Positions 50,717-59,948 of a stretch of DNA of 64,000 nucleotides are shown here, piece after piece; the first letter of the stretch is position 1; each line of letters opens with the position of its first letter. The notes under the pieces are model-generated. The model did no database searches and was not told the DNA's origin. It saw only the letters and a list, made by a program, of their open reading frames with translations. The position numbers were made by a program, and so were the translations under genes. Origin of the DNA: Escherichia phage dhaeg; the sequence record MN850609.1; one strand, written 5' to 3'.

Positions 50717-51723
50717 GAACAGTTATGAAAGGCTACTTCGGTAGCCACCTTTATGGAACAAGTACTCCGGAATCTGATGTCGATTTTAAAGAAATCTTTG
50801 TTCCACATCCGCGTGATATTCTGTTAGGTACGGCAATGAACCATACCAACCTGAACACGAATAACACTGCTTCCAAAAACACTAAAGATGATGTTGACCA
50901 TGAGCTTTACAGTCTGAAATATTTCTTTAAACTAGCTGCTGAAGGCGAAACCGTTGCTCTGGATATGCTCCACACTCCGCCTGAAATGGTGGTTAAATCT
51001 GATTTACCTGATGTATGGAAATTTATCCAAGATAACCGTTCGCGTTTCTATACAACCAACATGAAAGCCTATTTAGGGTACGTCCGTAAGCAAGCTTCTA
51101 AATATGGTGTTAAGGGTTCTCGACTGGCTGCTTTACGTGGTGTACTGGCAATTGTTAACCAGATTCCTGAACAGTGGGTTGATTATCAAGAAGATGGTTC
51201 TACTAAGCAACGACGTACTAAGGTAGAAGATATTAAGCACCGGCTCCCTGAAAATGAGTTCTGTGAATGGGTATTTCATAACCACGAGAAAACAGGTCCT
51301 CAAACGTTCTATACCGTCCTCGGTCGTAAATACCAAACTACTTTGTCATTAATCGAGCTCAAGCAATCTCTGAATAAACTTGATGCCGAATATGGTGAAC
51401 GTGCTCGTAAGGCCGAAGCCAATGAAGGTATTGACTGGAAAGCTCTGAGCCACGCTTATCGTGCTGGATATCAGTTGAAGGAAATCTATCAAACAGGCGA
51501 TTTGGTTTATCCACTTAAAAATGCTTCTATTATTAAAGCAATAAAAGCAGGTGATATGCCTTTTAAAGTGGTCCAAGGGCTGCTAGAAAACATTGTTGAT
51601 GAAGTTGAAGTCCTGGCTGTACAAGCTCATAAGAACGGTATACCTGAGAAGGTGGACATGAAGTTCTGGGACAAGTTCGTCGAAGAGGTGTATCTTGACA
51701 ACCACAACTCTTATTACCGCTAA
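50713..51723 (+). CDS. nucleotidyltransferase-fold protein (Pol-beta superfamily-like)
   Basis: 336 aa; N-terminal G-S-x(n)-D-x-D (FGSHLYGTSTPESDVDF) plus downstream acidic residue (VALDML); helical C-terminal domain. Confidence 0.55.
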   Translation: MRTVMKGYFGSHLYGTSTPESDVDFKEIFVPHPRDILLGTAMNHTNLNTNNTASKNTKDDVDHELYSLKYFFKLAAEGETVALDMLHTPPEMVVKSDLPDVWKFIQDNRSRFYTTNMKAYLGYVRKQASKYGVKGSRLAALRGVLAIVNQIPEQWVDYQEDGSTKQRRTKVEDIKHRLPENEFCEWVFHNHEKTGPQTFYTVLGRKYQTTLSLIELKQSLNKLDAEYGERARKAEANEGIDWKALSHAYRAGYQLKEIYQTGDLVYPLKNASIIKAIKAGDMPFKVVQGLLENIVDEVEVLAVQAHKNGIPEKVDMKFWDKFVEEVYLDNHNSYYR

Positions 51724-51918
51724 AGAAGAAATCAAGGTTTTCCTGTCATATGGAAGACCTCATAAAACCTGTCGTTGGTATCTTGAAGTAGTTTGTAGAG
51801 AAACCGGTAGACGAATCAATTTCAAGTACGTATGCAAGCCTACGTCTAAGCAGATAAGACGGTGTATTAACTGGGCTATCAATAATATCCGCTTCCATAA
51901 TTATTGGAGCGCAATTTA

Positions 51919-51941
51919 GGAACCTTCGGGTTCCTTTTTTT
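51919..51941 (+). terminator. rho-independent terminator
   Basis: GGAACC-UUCG-GGUUCC followed by UUUUUUU. Confidence 0.65.
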
Positions 51942-51960
51942 GGGTTCAGCACAAAAAAGT

Positions 51961-51989
51961 GTTTACAACCTAGTAGAGCATGTTATTAT
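51961..51989 (+). promoter_or_regulatory. early promoter cassette
   Basis: GTTTACA-16-TATTAT plus ggacctatcaa leader. Confidence 0.55.
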
Positions 51990-52026
51990 GGACCTATCAA
52001 ATCTACTGAGTGAAACGGAGAATATA

Positions 52027-53007
52027 ATGTTAACTATCAAAATCAACAAAGGTATCTATCGAGGTAATGAAATCTCTGGTACGTTCATGAGTTCAGGTAA
52101 AACCTGGTTCCCTAATAAAATTCATGAATCCGAAGCTCACCTCGGTGACGGCAAGGTATTTGTACAGATTGATGGTGTTGAACGTGGTGTGTGGGTGTTC
52201 AAATGTGACATCGAAATGGAAGGTGCTGAAGCTCCTGCAATGGTCACCGAATCCGCTGAAGAAATGAAACACCGCATCAACAAACGTTTTAAAGTAATGA
52301 ACATGATGACTAACGGAATCATCGATGGTAAAATTCGTTCCCTTATCATCTCTGGTGCCGCAGGTATTGGTAAAACATACTCTTTGGATAAAGCATTACA
52401 AAATGCCCATGAAAATGAAACTATCGAATATAAATCAATCAACGGAAAGATTAGTGGAATCGGTCTTTACGAGCAGCTTTGGAATAACCGCGGCCCTAAT
52501 AGTGTTCTTCTTATTGATGATGTTGATGTATTCTCTGACATGGATATCCTGAACCTTCTGAAAGCCGCATTGGATACTGGTGAAAAACGTAAGGTGTGTT
52601 GGAGCACTTCAAGTTCTTACCTCGACGATAAAAATATCGATAAAGAATTCGAATACGAAGGCACCATCGTGTTCATCACCAACGTTGATATTGACCGTGA
52701 ATTAGAGCGTGGAACTAAACTTGCTCCACACCTCCAGGCTTTAGTATCTCGTTCCGTTTATCTCGACTTGGGTGTTCACTCAAACGAAGAGATTATGGTT
52801 CGGGTTGAAGACGTTATCCTGTCCACTGATATGATGCAAAACCGAGGTCTGACCGATGCCGAGACTTATCAAGCTTTAGCATGGATGAAGGCTAATGTAT
52901 CTCGTCTTCGTAACGTATCATTACGTACAGCTCTTTATCTGGCGGACTTCATTGCCACCGATAAAAATGACTGGAGCGAAATCGCTGAAGTTACACTTCT
53001 GAAATAA
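52027..53007 (+). CDS. P-loop ATPase (AAA-like)
   Basis: 326 aa from ATG 52027 (ORF-track start 51904 reads through terminator and promoter); Walker A GAAGIGKT, Walker B VLLIDDVD. Confidence 0.6.
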   Translation: MLTIKINKGIYRGNEISGTFMSSGKTWFPNKIHESEAHLGDGKVFVQIDGVERGVWVFKCDIEMEGAEAPAMVTESAEEMKHRINKRFKVMNMMTNGIIDGKIRSLIISGAAGIGKTYSLDKALQNAHENETIEYKSINGKISGIGLYEQLWNNRGPNSVLLIDDVDVFSDMDILNLLKAALDTGEKRKVCWSTSSSYLDDKNIDKEFEYEGTIVFITNVDIDRELERGTKLAPHLQALVSRSVYLDLGVHSNEEIMVRVEDVILSTDMMQNRGLTDAETYQALAWMKANVSRLRNVSLRTALYLADFIATDKNDWSEIAEVTLLK

Positions 53008-53017
53008 AGGTGAAATT

Positions 53018-53359
53018 ATGTTCGAACAATTTAGTTATGACCTTATAAAAACAGAGTTGAAATACTCTAATGCCATGAAACAGTCTATTGAAGACTATGA
53101 TAATGAATTTAAACACCAATTCGCCGAGAAGGTTTACAAAACCGATTGTGAAGAAGGAGACTACAAGAGACTGGCCTTGGCCGCGAAGACCCAAGCCTTA
53201 ATAAATCTAGACCGTAAGCAGGTTAAGTTGGCAGGCGACTTCAGAGATGAACTCTGCGCCATCAGGAACGAATACCTTATTCGTATTAAACACCAACGGA
53301 AAGAGAACACCCAATCCGCATGGTTTAGTGGGCAAGCCGGTGAAAAAAGTTTTTATTAG
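53018..53359 (+). CDS. hypothetical protein
   Basis: 113 aa ORF. Confidence 0.5.
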   Translation: MFEQFSYDLIKTELKYSNAMKQSIEDYDNEFKHQFAEKVYKTDCEEGDYKRLALAAKTQALINLDRKQVKLAGDFRDELCAIRNEYLIRIKHQRKENTQSAWFSGQAGEKSFY

Positions 53360-53361
53360 TT

Positions 53362-53390
53362 GTTTACATCTCCAGTAGAAATGATACTAT
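53362..53390 (+). promoter_or_regulatory. early promoter cassette
   Basis: GTTTACA-16-TACTAT plus gacctatcaactaatggagg leader. Confidence 0.6.
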
Positions 53391-53416
53391 AGACCTATCA
53401 ACTAATGGAGGTTATC

Positions 53417-53941
53417 ATGAACGCTAAAGATATTTTTTCACTGATTAATTTTAACAATGGTAATTTCAAATCTGAAAAACAAAGCAAGTTCTTTAACGAC
53501 GTTGCTTGTGGTAATGAGATTACCGTATCTGGAGGAGAGATTTACAAAAGCCGTTGGAACTGGATTGTTATCATCGATTCAGTTGGTATTGTAGAGCTCT
53601 ATAAAAACACTAACAAAAAACGTACTCTTCACTGGAGTCGTGAAACCAATCAAGCTTATCAAGCCGAGCGTAATAAACGTTTAATGCCTACTGAATCTGA
53701 CCTGGCAAACGTTAAATCAGATATCGCTTATTTTGATAACTTGATTGCCGAACAACAAGCGGTTATTGATAAGTTTGACGAAATCAAAGCTTGTAAAGAG
53801 ATTCCTGAATTTATGCGGGAATCAGTAAACGAACAGTATGCCCTCACTTCAGGTCGTATCGAGCAGTACAAATCACAACGAGCTGAACGCCAAGCTCTGC
53901 TTCAGAAATTTGAAGAGCGTTTAAAGACGGTTCTCGCATAA
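53417..53941 (+). CDS. hypothetical protein with C-terminal coiled coil
   Basis: 174 aa from ATG 53417 after GGAGG. Confidence 0.5.
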   Translation: MNAKDIFSLINFNNGNFKSEKQSKFFNDVACGNEITVSGGEIYKSRWNWIVIIDSVGIVELYKNTNKKRTLHWSRETNQAYQAERNKRLMPTESDLANVKSDIAYFDNLIAEQQAVIDKFDEIKACKEIPEFMRESVNEQYALTSGRIEQYKSQRAERQALLQKFEERLKTVLA

Positions 53942-53942
53942 A

Positions 53943-53968
53943 CGCTTTATACCAAGGATGGTATAATG
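53943..53968 (+). promoter_or_regulatory. possible MotA-dependent middle promoter
   Basis: MotA-box-like CGCTTTA about 12 bp upstream of TATAAT. Confidence 0.4.
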
Positions 53969-54004
53969 GTTCTAGGTTCTTAATTACTTACTGAGGAAAT
54001 TATT

Positions 54005-54850
54005 ATGTCACAAGCAATTAATCAAATTCGTTCTGAAGTTAAAAAAGTTGTTAAATTTGGTCGTATTCCTAGTTCTAAAGAAGTGGTTGAAAAGGTCCTA
54101 TATATGATGTGGGACAAGTTCAATGTTTGTACTGTTAAAGATGACTTTATTAAAATCTTTGACAAGACTAAAGGTTCGTTTACGTTAGAAGACCGGGTCA
54201 TGAAAACTCTTCGTAAAACAGGTATGTTGTCTCGTGCTAATGCCAAAATTATTCTTAAAAATTATAACAAAGGCTACGACCTTTATGGTCGTTTAATCCC
54301 GGCGATGTCATTTGGTGAAGTTGTTCAAGACCTTCATGCCAACCAACGACGTTTACTGGCTCTTGGCGCTCGACTTGCAAAAGGTCTTGATAAACAAATG
54401 ACATTTAAGACTAACGGTTCAGGTGATTGGATTATCTTTAATATTGTTAACCACCCTGGAAATGAAAATGAGTATACCATTTCGACTTTTAGTGGTTGTC
54501 AATACGACAACTGGAAGTTCCATCTGCGCTTGGCCCTGTCTGAATTAGAACAACACGGTGTTCTTAGTTTTGGTGATGCTGAAACTGGAGTAGGTCAGCG
54601 TATTAAACTTTATAAAATTAAAGACCTGGCTGAAGAGCATTCAGAACAAGCTCCTAAAATGGAACCTGTACCAGTGCGCAGCAATGAGAAACATCAGGCC
54701 CAGATTGAGTATTTTAGCAATTTGCTTACTTGCTTGAATGTTACAATCCAACAACAAGATGATGAGATTTTCCGACTCTCTGGTCTTAATGCCAAAGCTA
54801 AGGCTGAACGCCAGAAATATATCGATATCCTAAATCTTCTTAAGGATTAA
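54005..54850 (+). CDS. hypothetical protein with C-terminal coiled coil
   Basis: 281 aa ORF, GAGGAAATTATT RBS. Confidence 0.5.
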   Translation: MSQAINQIRSEVKKVVKFGRIPSSKEVVEKVLYMMWDKFNVCTVKDDFIKIFDKTKGSFTLEDRVMKTLRKTGMLSRANAKIILKNYNKGYDLYGRLIPAMSFGEVVQDLHANQRRLLALGARLAKGLDKQMTFKTNGSGDWIIFNIVNHPGNENEYTISTFSGCQYDNWKFHLRLALSELEQHGVLSFGDAETGVGQRIKLYKIKDLAEEHSEQAPKMEPVPVRSNEKHQAQIEYFSNLLTCLNVTIQQQDDEIFRLSGLNAKAKAERQKYIDILNLLKD

Positions 54851-54934
54851 TTATGGAATGGCTCGCTGTTCTTGGTTATGTAATCGTAGCCACGGGTGTT
54901 CTGTGGCTAATTTTCTCAAACATTATAGGTTAAT

Positions 54935-55150
54935 ATGGAAATCTTAGGTTTTATTCTCCTTTACTTTGTGCTAGGATTTATGACGACCTTTATCATTCAT
55001 AAATCAGGTGATTGGAATCCGATCGAAATTGAATCAAGCTATGATGCAGTATTCATTACACTAGTATGGCCCCTACTTTGGGTTGTTTTGGTCATTATGA
55101 TGGTGTTTTGGCCTATCGCTAAATTCTATGAAAAATTATTTGGACTTTAA
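54935..55150 (+). CDS. small membrane protein
   Basis: 71 aa, two hydrophobic helices. Confidence 0.5.
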   Translation: MEILGFILLYFVLGFMTTFIIHKSGDWNPIEIESSYDAVFITLVWPLLWVVLVIMMVFWPIAKFYEKLFGL

Positions 55151-55151
55151 T

Positions 55152-56021
55152 ATGAACATTAAAACACGTAAAGAATACTCTATATACGACCATGACACAA
55201 CTCGTCGTATCGCTATTGACAGGTTAGCCGACTTTGGTCATATTTGTAATGGTAATTATACTTATGGCGTAGGTCGTAAAGGAACTTATATTTCTTCTTT
55301 GAACGATTATTGCCGTCGCCCAGCCCACCTGTTTGGTGCAACATTACGAGCTAATATCAAAGACCTCTTGGCTACTGCAGGACGTATTTCTACGGTTCCT
55401 GTTAATATCAAGAATATTAATTTTACGGCCCGTAACCTAGTCATTAATATTCTGTCTGACGGTATTCAAGTTCGTTTTCGCCCCACCTCAAAAGGTAATA
55501 AGGCCCTTCGTGAAGCATTCGAAACCTTATTCAGAGAAGCAATGACTCGTATTAAGGCCGTAGAATCATATAAAGTTACAACCGATGAATATGCTGATTG
55601 TTCCGGGCAAGCCGATGCAGTGTATATCAGAGTTAAACTAACTAGCGAATATCTTTTATCTTATGCCCCTTATCAACCCCAACAAAAGGACCCACAAATG
55701 GAACGTCGTATCTCTGCAGTATCATGTGACAGCGTAGGCCAGTATGCAGCCTATGACAAATTCAAAACCACCGCTGTGCCTAGTCCATTCAATTCCGAAC
55801 CGTATCATTGGAAAATTAAACCTGATAATTCTTTGGTTGTTACTAACCCTACGATGAAACCTATTGAGACCTATTATGCAGATAGCATTCAGGAATCAAT
55901 CCATCGTTTAAATGGTCAGATTGAAGATGAGAAAAAGAGCATTCAAGACGTTCTTAATCGCATCAAGAATATGGAAAACCAGCGTGACAAGCTTCGCGCG
56001 GCACTATTAGCTCTAAAATAA
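55152..56021 (+). CDS. hypothetical protein with C-terminal coiled coil
   Basis: Start at ATG 55152 just after upstream stop (alternative ATG 55128). Confidence 0.5.
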   Translation: MNIKTRKEYSIYDHDTTRRIAIDRLADFGHICNGNYTYGVGRKGTYISSLNDYCRRPAHLFGATLRANIKDLLATAGRISTVPVNIKNINFTARNLVINILSDGIQVRFRPTSKGNKALREAFETLFREAMTRIKAVESYKVTTDEYADCSGQADAVYIRVKLTSEYLLSYAPYQPQQKDPQMERRISAVSCDSVGQYAAYDKFKTTAVPSPFNSEPYHWKIKPDNSLVVTNPTMKPIETYYADSIQESIHRLNGQIEDEKKSIQDVLNRIKNMENQRDKLRAALLALK

Positions 56022-56022
56022 T

Positions 56023-56052
56023 GTTTACATCCAAGGACGGATGGAGTATAAT
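56023..56052 (+). promoter_or_regulatory. early promoter (TTTACA-17-TATAAT)
   Basis: Consensus spacing; stem AAGGAC...TCCTT flanks the -10. Confidence 0.55.
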
Positions 56053-56080
56053 CCTTTTATCAACTACTGAGGAGAATATC

Positions 56081-57091
56081 ATGACCCGTACTGAATACAT
56101 CAATGCCTTTACTACGTATATCACTGACAATACCCCTCCATTAACCCCATATGAGGTGATAGTTTCCAATATCAATAAATGGGTAGACCAAATTGATGAA
56201 GATTTGTCGCTGTATTTTAAATCTGAAATAGAAAAGATTGCAGGGCGTTTGTTTATCCCTGATATCATAGATACATTTAAAGGTTCTCGACTTCTTTCGC
56301 GGCTGGTTAATAAGGATATCCTTTCAGAGTTTGGCAAAGAGAAACACCCAGGTTCCAGCCACGTTGTTAGCTACCAATGGTTTGGTGATGTTTTAAAAAG
56401 CTATATCAAAATGAAAGGTATGGATCCTAGTGGTCTATTTCCACAGCGTTGGACTAGTGAATTTAAGGCTAACTCTGCATTAATTCTCAAAGCGGCCTCT
56501 AAAACCATAGTTTCTGGTGATTCCCGTACTATTCACCCTATGGCTAATTGCATGATTAAAACAAATAGTTATAAAGGAAAAGCAATTATTTCTGTTATTT
56601 GGTCACCTAATAGGAAACCTAAAGATGACGCGGAAGTTGTAAAGTATCAAGATATTGCTTACGACACCTTGAATATTATCGAACAAGCCTTAGCTTTTAT
56701 GGATACAGTAGAGAAATATGAGACTCAAGAAGTAAAACATTTCTATGGCTGGAAAGGATACGAGGTCTTAGTAAAAGTTCGCGAAATCAAATGCCATGTT
56801 CCAAAAACTGACGCTGAAATTTACCAAGAAAAATGTGAGGAAATTGTGAACACTGATAAAGAGCCTGCTACATTAGAAGACTTGATTAACGACTTGAATA
56901 GCCCTATCATGGCTCCTACACCAATTACTAAATCCAAGTTACCGGAAATCGTTGCCTTAGAAAAAGCGTATAAAGATGCCCTTGCTATTAACAAAAAACT
57001 GACTGGCCAATATACCGCTGCCAAGAAACTTTGGGAAGAGTCTACCAATCGTTTAGACCGTCTTGAACAAGCTCTGGAGCTGTTGAAATGA
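56081..57091 (+). CDS. hypothetical protein with C-terminal coiled coil
   Basis: 336 aa from ATG 56081 after GAGGAG (ORF-track start 56021 reads through the promoter). Confidence 0.5.
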   Translation: MTRTEYINAFTTYITDNTPPLTPYEVIVSNINKWVDQIDEDLSLYFKSEIEKIAGRLFIPDIIDTFKGSRLLSRLVNKDILSEFGKEKHPGSSHVVSYQWFGDVLKSYIKMKGMDPSGLFPQRWTSEFKANSALILKAASKTIVSGDSRTIHPMANCMIKTNSYKGKAIISVIWSPNRKPKDDAEVVKYQDIAYDTLNIIEQALAFMDTVEKYETQEVKHFYGWKGYEVLVKVREIKCHVPKTDAEIYQEKCEEIVNTDKEPATLEDLINDLNSPIMAPTPITKSKLPEIVALEKAYKDALAINKKLTGQYTAAKKLWEESTNRLDRLEQALELLK

Positions 57092-57309
57092 AATATCAAT
57101 TAGCCGATGATATCGACCAAACTATTCCTGATTGGAATCAAATTATTAAAATTGTCGAACGTCGTGAAAAAGCTTCTAAGAACGTTCCTAACTGTCCTGA
57201 GTGCGGAACTGAACAAGTCCAGTTGACTCAATGGCGTCATAATCCGCTTCAGTATAAATGCCGTCATTGTAAACACCGATTTGAGCGAGATGAAAATGGC
57301 AAAGCGTAA
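57088..57309 (+). CDS. zinc-ribbon protein
   Basis: 73 aa; CPECG...CRHC four-Cys pattern. Confidence 0.5.
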   Translation: MKYQLADDIDQTIPDWNQIIKIVERREKASKNVPNCPECGTEQVQLTQWRHNPLQYKCRHCKHRFERDENGKA

Positions 57310-57532
57310 AGAATATGTAGAGGCCGCTGATAAGGCGGTCCGTGAACTTACTTTGGCTTATTATAAAGAGCACGGTAAATTTCCGGACAGTTATTCAGTA
57401 TTGAAATCTGCTTTAACTCGTTCGTATAATAATATACTATCTGATGTATATGATTTAAAATACGAACACCTCGAAAAATACGGAACAGAACTTGACCGTT
57501 CTGAAGCATTCAAACAAGTATTAGGAATTTAA
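57290..57532 (+). CDS. hypothetical protein
   Basis: ATG 57290 (or 57296); ORF-track start 57281 is TTG. Confidence 0.45.
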   Translation: MKMAKRKEYVEAADKAVRELTLAYYKEHGKFPDSYSVLKSALTRSYNNILSDVYDLKYEHLEKYGTELDRSEAFKQVLGI

Positions 57533-57533
57533 A

Positions 57534-57797
57534 ATGTTTAAAGTTTATGGTTACGATTCAAATATTCACCGTTGTGTTTTCTGTGATAATGCCAAACGTC
57601 TACTTGATGTTAAGAAACAACCTTACGAATTCATTAACGTGATGCCGGAAAAAGGTGTATTTGATGATAAGAAGATTGCTGAACTCTTGGCTGCTCTTGG
57701 TCGTGAATCTCAAGTAGGTTTGACCATGCCTCAGGTATTTGCTCCTGACGGAACTTCTATTGGTGGCTTTGACCAACTGCGAGCATATTTCAAATGA
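57534..57797 (+). CDS. nrdC: glutaredoxin/thioredoxin NrdC
   Basis: 87 aa; MFKVYGYDSNIH.C..CDNAKRLL.VKKQP.EFIN.MPEKGVFDD.KIAELL ... GLTMPQVFAPDG..IGGFDQLR.YFK matches recalled T4 NrdC. Confidence 0.9.
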   Translation: MFKVYGYDSNIHRCVFCDNAKRLLDVKKQPYEFINVMPEKGVFDDKKIAELLAALGRESQVGLTMPQVFAPDGTSIGGFDQLRAYFK

Positions 57798-57961
57798 TTG
57801 AATTATTGTTGGGTATTTTGTATCTTATCATCGGTATTGGTTATGCTAAGACCCTAGCTAAATTAGATGATTTCGGTGCAGGTGACTTTTGTTGGTGGCT
57901 GACGTCTATGATTTGTTGGCCTTTATTTCTGGTTGGTGCTTCATTCTGGAACTTTAAATGA
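57794..57961 (+). CDS. small hydrophobic membrane protein (55 aa)
   Basis: ORF below track cutoff; ATGA overlap with nrdC stop; two hydrophobic helices. Confidence 0.4.
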   Translation: MIELLLGILYLIIGIGYAKTLAKLDDFGAGDFCWWLTSMICWPLFLVGASFWNFK

Positions 57962-58266
57962 TTGGATTAAATGAACAGACCATTTTTCTAGGTGATGGTA
58001 CTGAAGACGACCTAGAATATAAACTATACGAATATATGGTTTGGTTGGCTAAAGCAGAAGGTATTGATTTTGTTGTGGCTAACCCGTATGGCGAGAATAC
58101 TGTTGTAATCGGTGGCACTGCTTATGAAGTCCAATGGCAATACGTTGGGCTAGAATCTGAAGAATTTGAAGAAGATGAGCATGGTGATTGGCATCCGGTT
58201 GGCCCTTGGTATTGGGAAAACGGCGAGCCTGATTTTGAAGTAAGTAGTTGGTGGTGTGACCGTTAA
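57958..58266 (+). CDS. hypothetical acidic protein
   Basis: 102 aa; ATGA overlap. Confidence 0.5.
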   Translation: MIGLNEQTIFLGDGTEDDLEYKLYEYMVWLAKAEGIDFVVANPYGENTVVIGGTAYEVQWQYVGLESEEFEEDEHGDWHPVGPWYWENGEPDFEVSSWWCDR

Positions 58267-58382
58267 GCCATGGTATGTCGCTCGGTGGGAAACTACCGAG
58301 CCAGAGGAACCGGTTTACAACGATTCCGAAATAGAGTATAATGAACCTTCAAACAATGATTTAATCGATATGGAGTTTGGAT

Positions 58383-58556
58383 ATGAGTACCAAAATTGAA
58401 GTTGGCCGTCACAAAGGCCGTCTGATTGAGCATTCGCTTTACGAGTTGTCGGATTCGGGTTCTTTACCTGACCTAGAATCCGATTTGATTAAAGCTGCTG
58501 CTGACTATATCCATTGGCTTGAAGCTCAACTTCGCTTTGCTGATAAGGCGTTCTGA
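58383..58556 (+). CDS. hypothetical small protein (57 aa)
   Basis: ORF below track cutoff, fills the gap before gene 49. Confidence 0.4.
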   Translation: MSTKIEVGRHKGRLIEHSLYELSDSGSLPDLESDLIKAAADYIHWLEAQLRFADKAF

Positions 58557-58632
58557 TGAAAACTTCTACTGTAATCTTGTGCTTATGGGGAATTTTTAAT
58601 TTGGGTATGCTTGTTTACTTGGTGGGTCAATT

Positions 58633-58809
58633 ATGAAAACTAAATTAGTCTATACTGAAAAGTTAAATGGTGACAAGGTCTGGAAACTTCTTATCAAAGG
58701 AAGTCCTACCGACCAGTTTATGGCCACCTGTATAGGGTTGTATACCCGTCCTACCAAAAAGATGATTCGTCAATTTAAACGGTTGCATCGCTCATTTTAT
58801 AATGTTTAA
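58633..58809 (+). CDS. hypothetical small protein (58 aa)
   Basis: ORF below track cutoff; preceded by a 26-codon hydrophobic mini-ORF at 58556-58636. Confidence 0.35.
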   Translation: MKTKLVYTEKLNGDKVWKLLIKGSPTDQFMATCIGLYTRPTKKMIRQFKRLHRSFYNV

Positions 58810-58844
58810 TAAATACCCTTATCTAATAATGGTAAGGGTTTATT

Positions 58845-59318
58845 ATGTTGCTGACTGGCAAATTATACAAAGAAGAAAAACAAAATCTTTATGATGCACA
58901 ACATGGTAAGTGTTTGATTTGTAAACGTGAATTAAACCCTGATGTTCAAAGTAACCACCTTGACCACGACCATGAATTGAATGGGCCAAAAGCCGGTAAG
59001 GTTCGTGGTTTACTATGTAATCTGTGCAATGCTGCAGAAGGACAAATGAAGCATAAGTTCAACCGTTCTGGTTTGAAAGGTCAAAACGTTGACTACCTCG
59101 AATGGTTAGAGAATTTGCTGGTCTATCTGAAAGCTGATTATACCGAAAATAATATCCATCCTAATTTCGTTCCTGATAAAACCAAAGAGTTCAGTAGATT
59201 AGGTAAGGAAGAAATGATTGCTGAAATGCTTTCACATGGAATGACTTATAATGAATCTGACACAAAGAAACAAATGGTCGATTCATTTAAAAAACAACTG
59301 AGGAAATCGCTTAAATGA
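58845..59318 (+). CDS. 49: endonuclease VII (Holliday junction resolvase)
   Basis: 157 aa; MLLTGKLYKEEKQ..YDAQ.GKCLIC.RELNPDVQ.NHLDHDHELNGPKAGKVRGLLCNLCNAAEGQMKHKFNRSGLKGQ matches recalled T4 gp49. Confidence 0.95.
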   Translation: MLLTGKLYKEEKQNLYDAQHGKCLICKRELNPDVQSNHLDHDHELNGPKAGKVRGLLCNLCNAAEGQMKHKFNRSGLKGQNVDYLEWLENLLVYLKADYTENNIHPNFVPDKTKEFSRLGKEEMIAEMLSHGMTYNESDTKKQMVDSFKKQLRKSLK

Positions 59319-59439
59319 TTAATTTTTATGGCTACACATTCTATGCTTTAGCCGAATCAGTGAATGATGCTGTACGTCTTATGGGTGTTGAGTATCCTGC
59401 TCAATGGTTATTTGTTGTAACTAACATGTGGGTTCTTTA

Positions 59440-59655
59440 ATGAATAAATTTCGTAATGCAGTTTCTGATATCTTGGCCAATATTACATTTGTCTTGTTTA
59501 TTGTGTGCCTTTTAATCCTAGTCATCCCATTTGGATTGCTGTTCGTTATTATTGGTGCGCTGAGTACTGAAAAGGGTCTCGAAGAGTCTGAGTTCGAAAA
59601 ACGAATCCAGTCTGTCCATAGTGTTATTTCTAAAATGATGAAGGTGAAAGAATGA
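59440..59655 (+). CDS. small membrane protein
   Basis: Start at ATG 59440; long hydrophobic segment. Confidence 0.45.
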   Translation: MNKFRNAVSDILANITFVLFIVCLLILVIPFGLLFVIIGALSTEKGLEESEFEKRIQSVHSVISKMMKVKE

Positions 59656-59948
59656 AACGTTTTGAAGAATATGTAGCTACTGATTGGGGTGCCTGGGACA
59701 AGTTCGGTCAAGAATGGTATTTCCATGATTGCGACCTTAACCCGGAATTCTTTAAAGATAAGGAAGATGACCTCAAGGACATCTATGCTCTATCAGAGAT
59801 TCACGGTATTAAACCTACTGTCTACTTCTCTTTTGATGATATGGGATTCCTTATCCAGATTTACGTCCCGTATGGAACTAATGAAGACGAAGTTATCAAA
59901 ACTTGGGACTACCAAGGAGTTATTTCCTGTGGACCAAAAGTTAACTAA
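59652..59948 (+). CDS. hypothetical protein
   Basis: 98 aa; ATGA overlap. Confidence 0.45.
   Translation: MKRFEEYVATDWGAWDKFGQEWYFHDCDLNPEFFKDKEDDLKDIYALSEIHGIKPTVYFSFDDMGFLIQIYVPYGTNEDEVIKTWDYQGVISCGPKVN

Noticed and set aside
51695-51919. 74-aa ORF between the nucleotidyltransferase-fold gene and the terminator
   Set aside because: Only a TTG start is available, inside the upstream gene, with no RBS; kept as uncertain rather than annotated. The 195 nt could instead be a 3' UTR.
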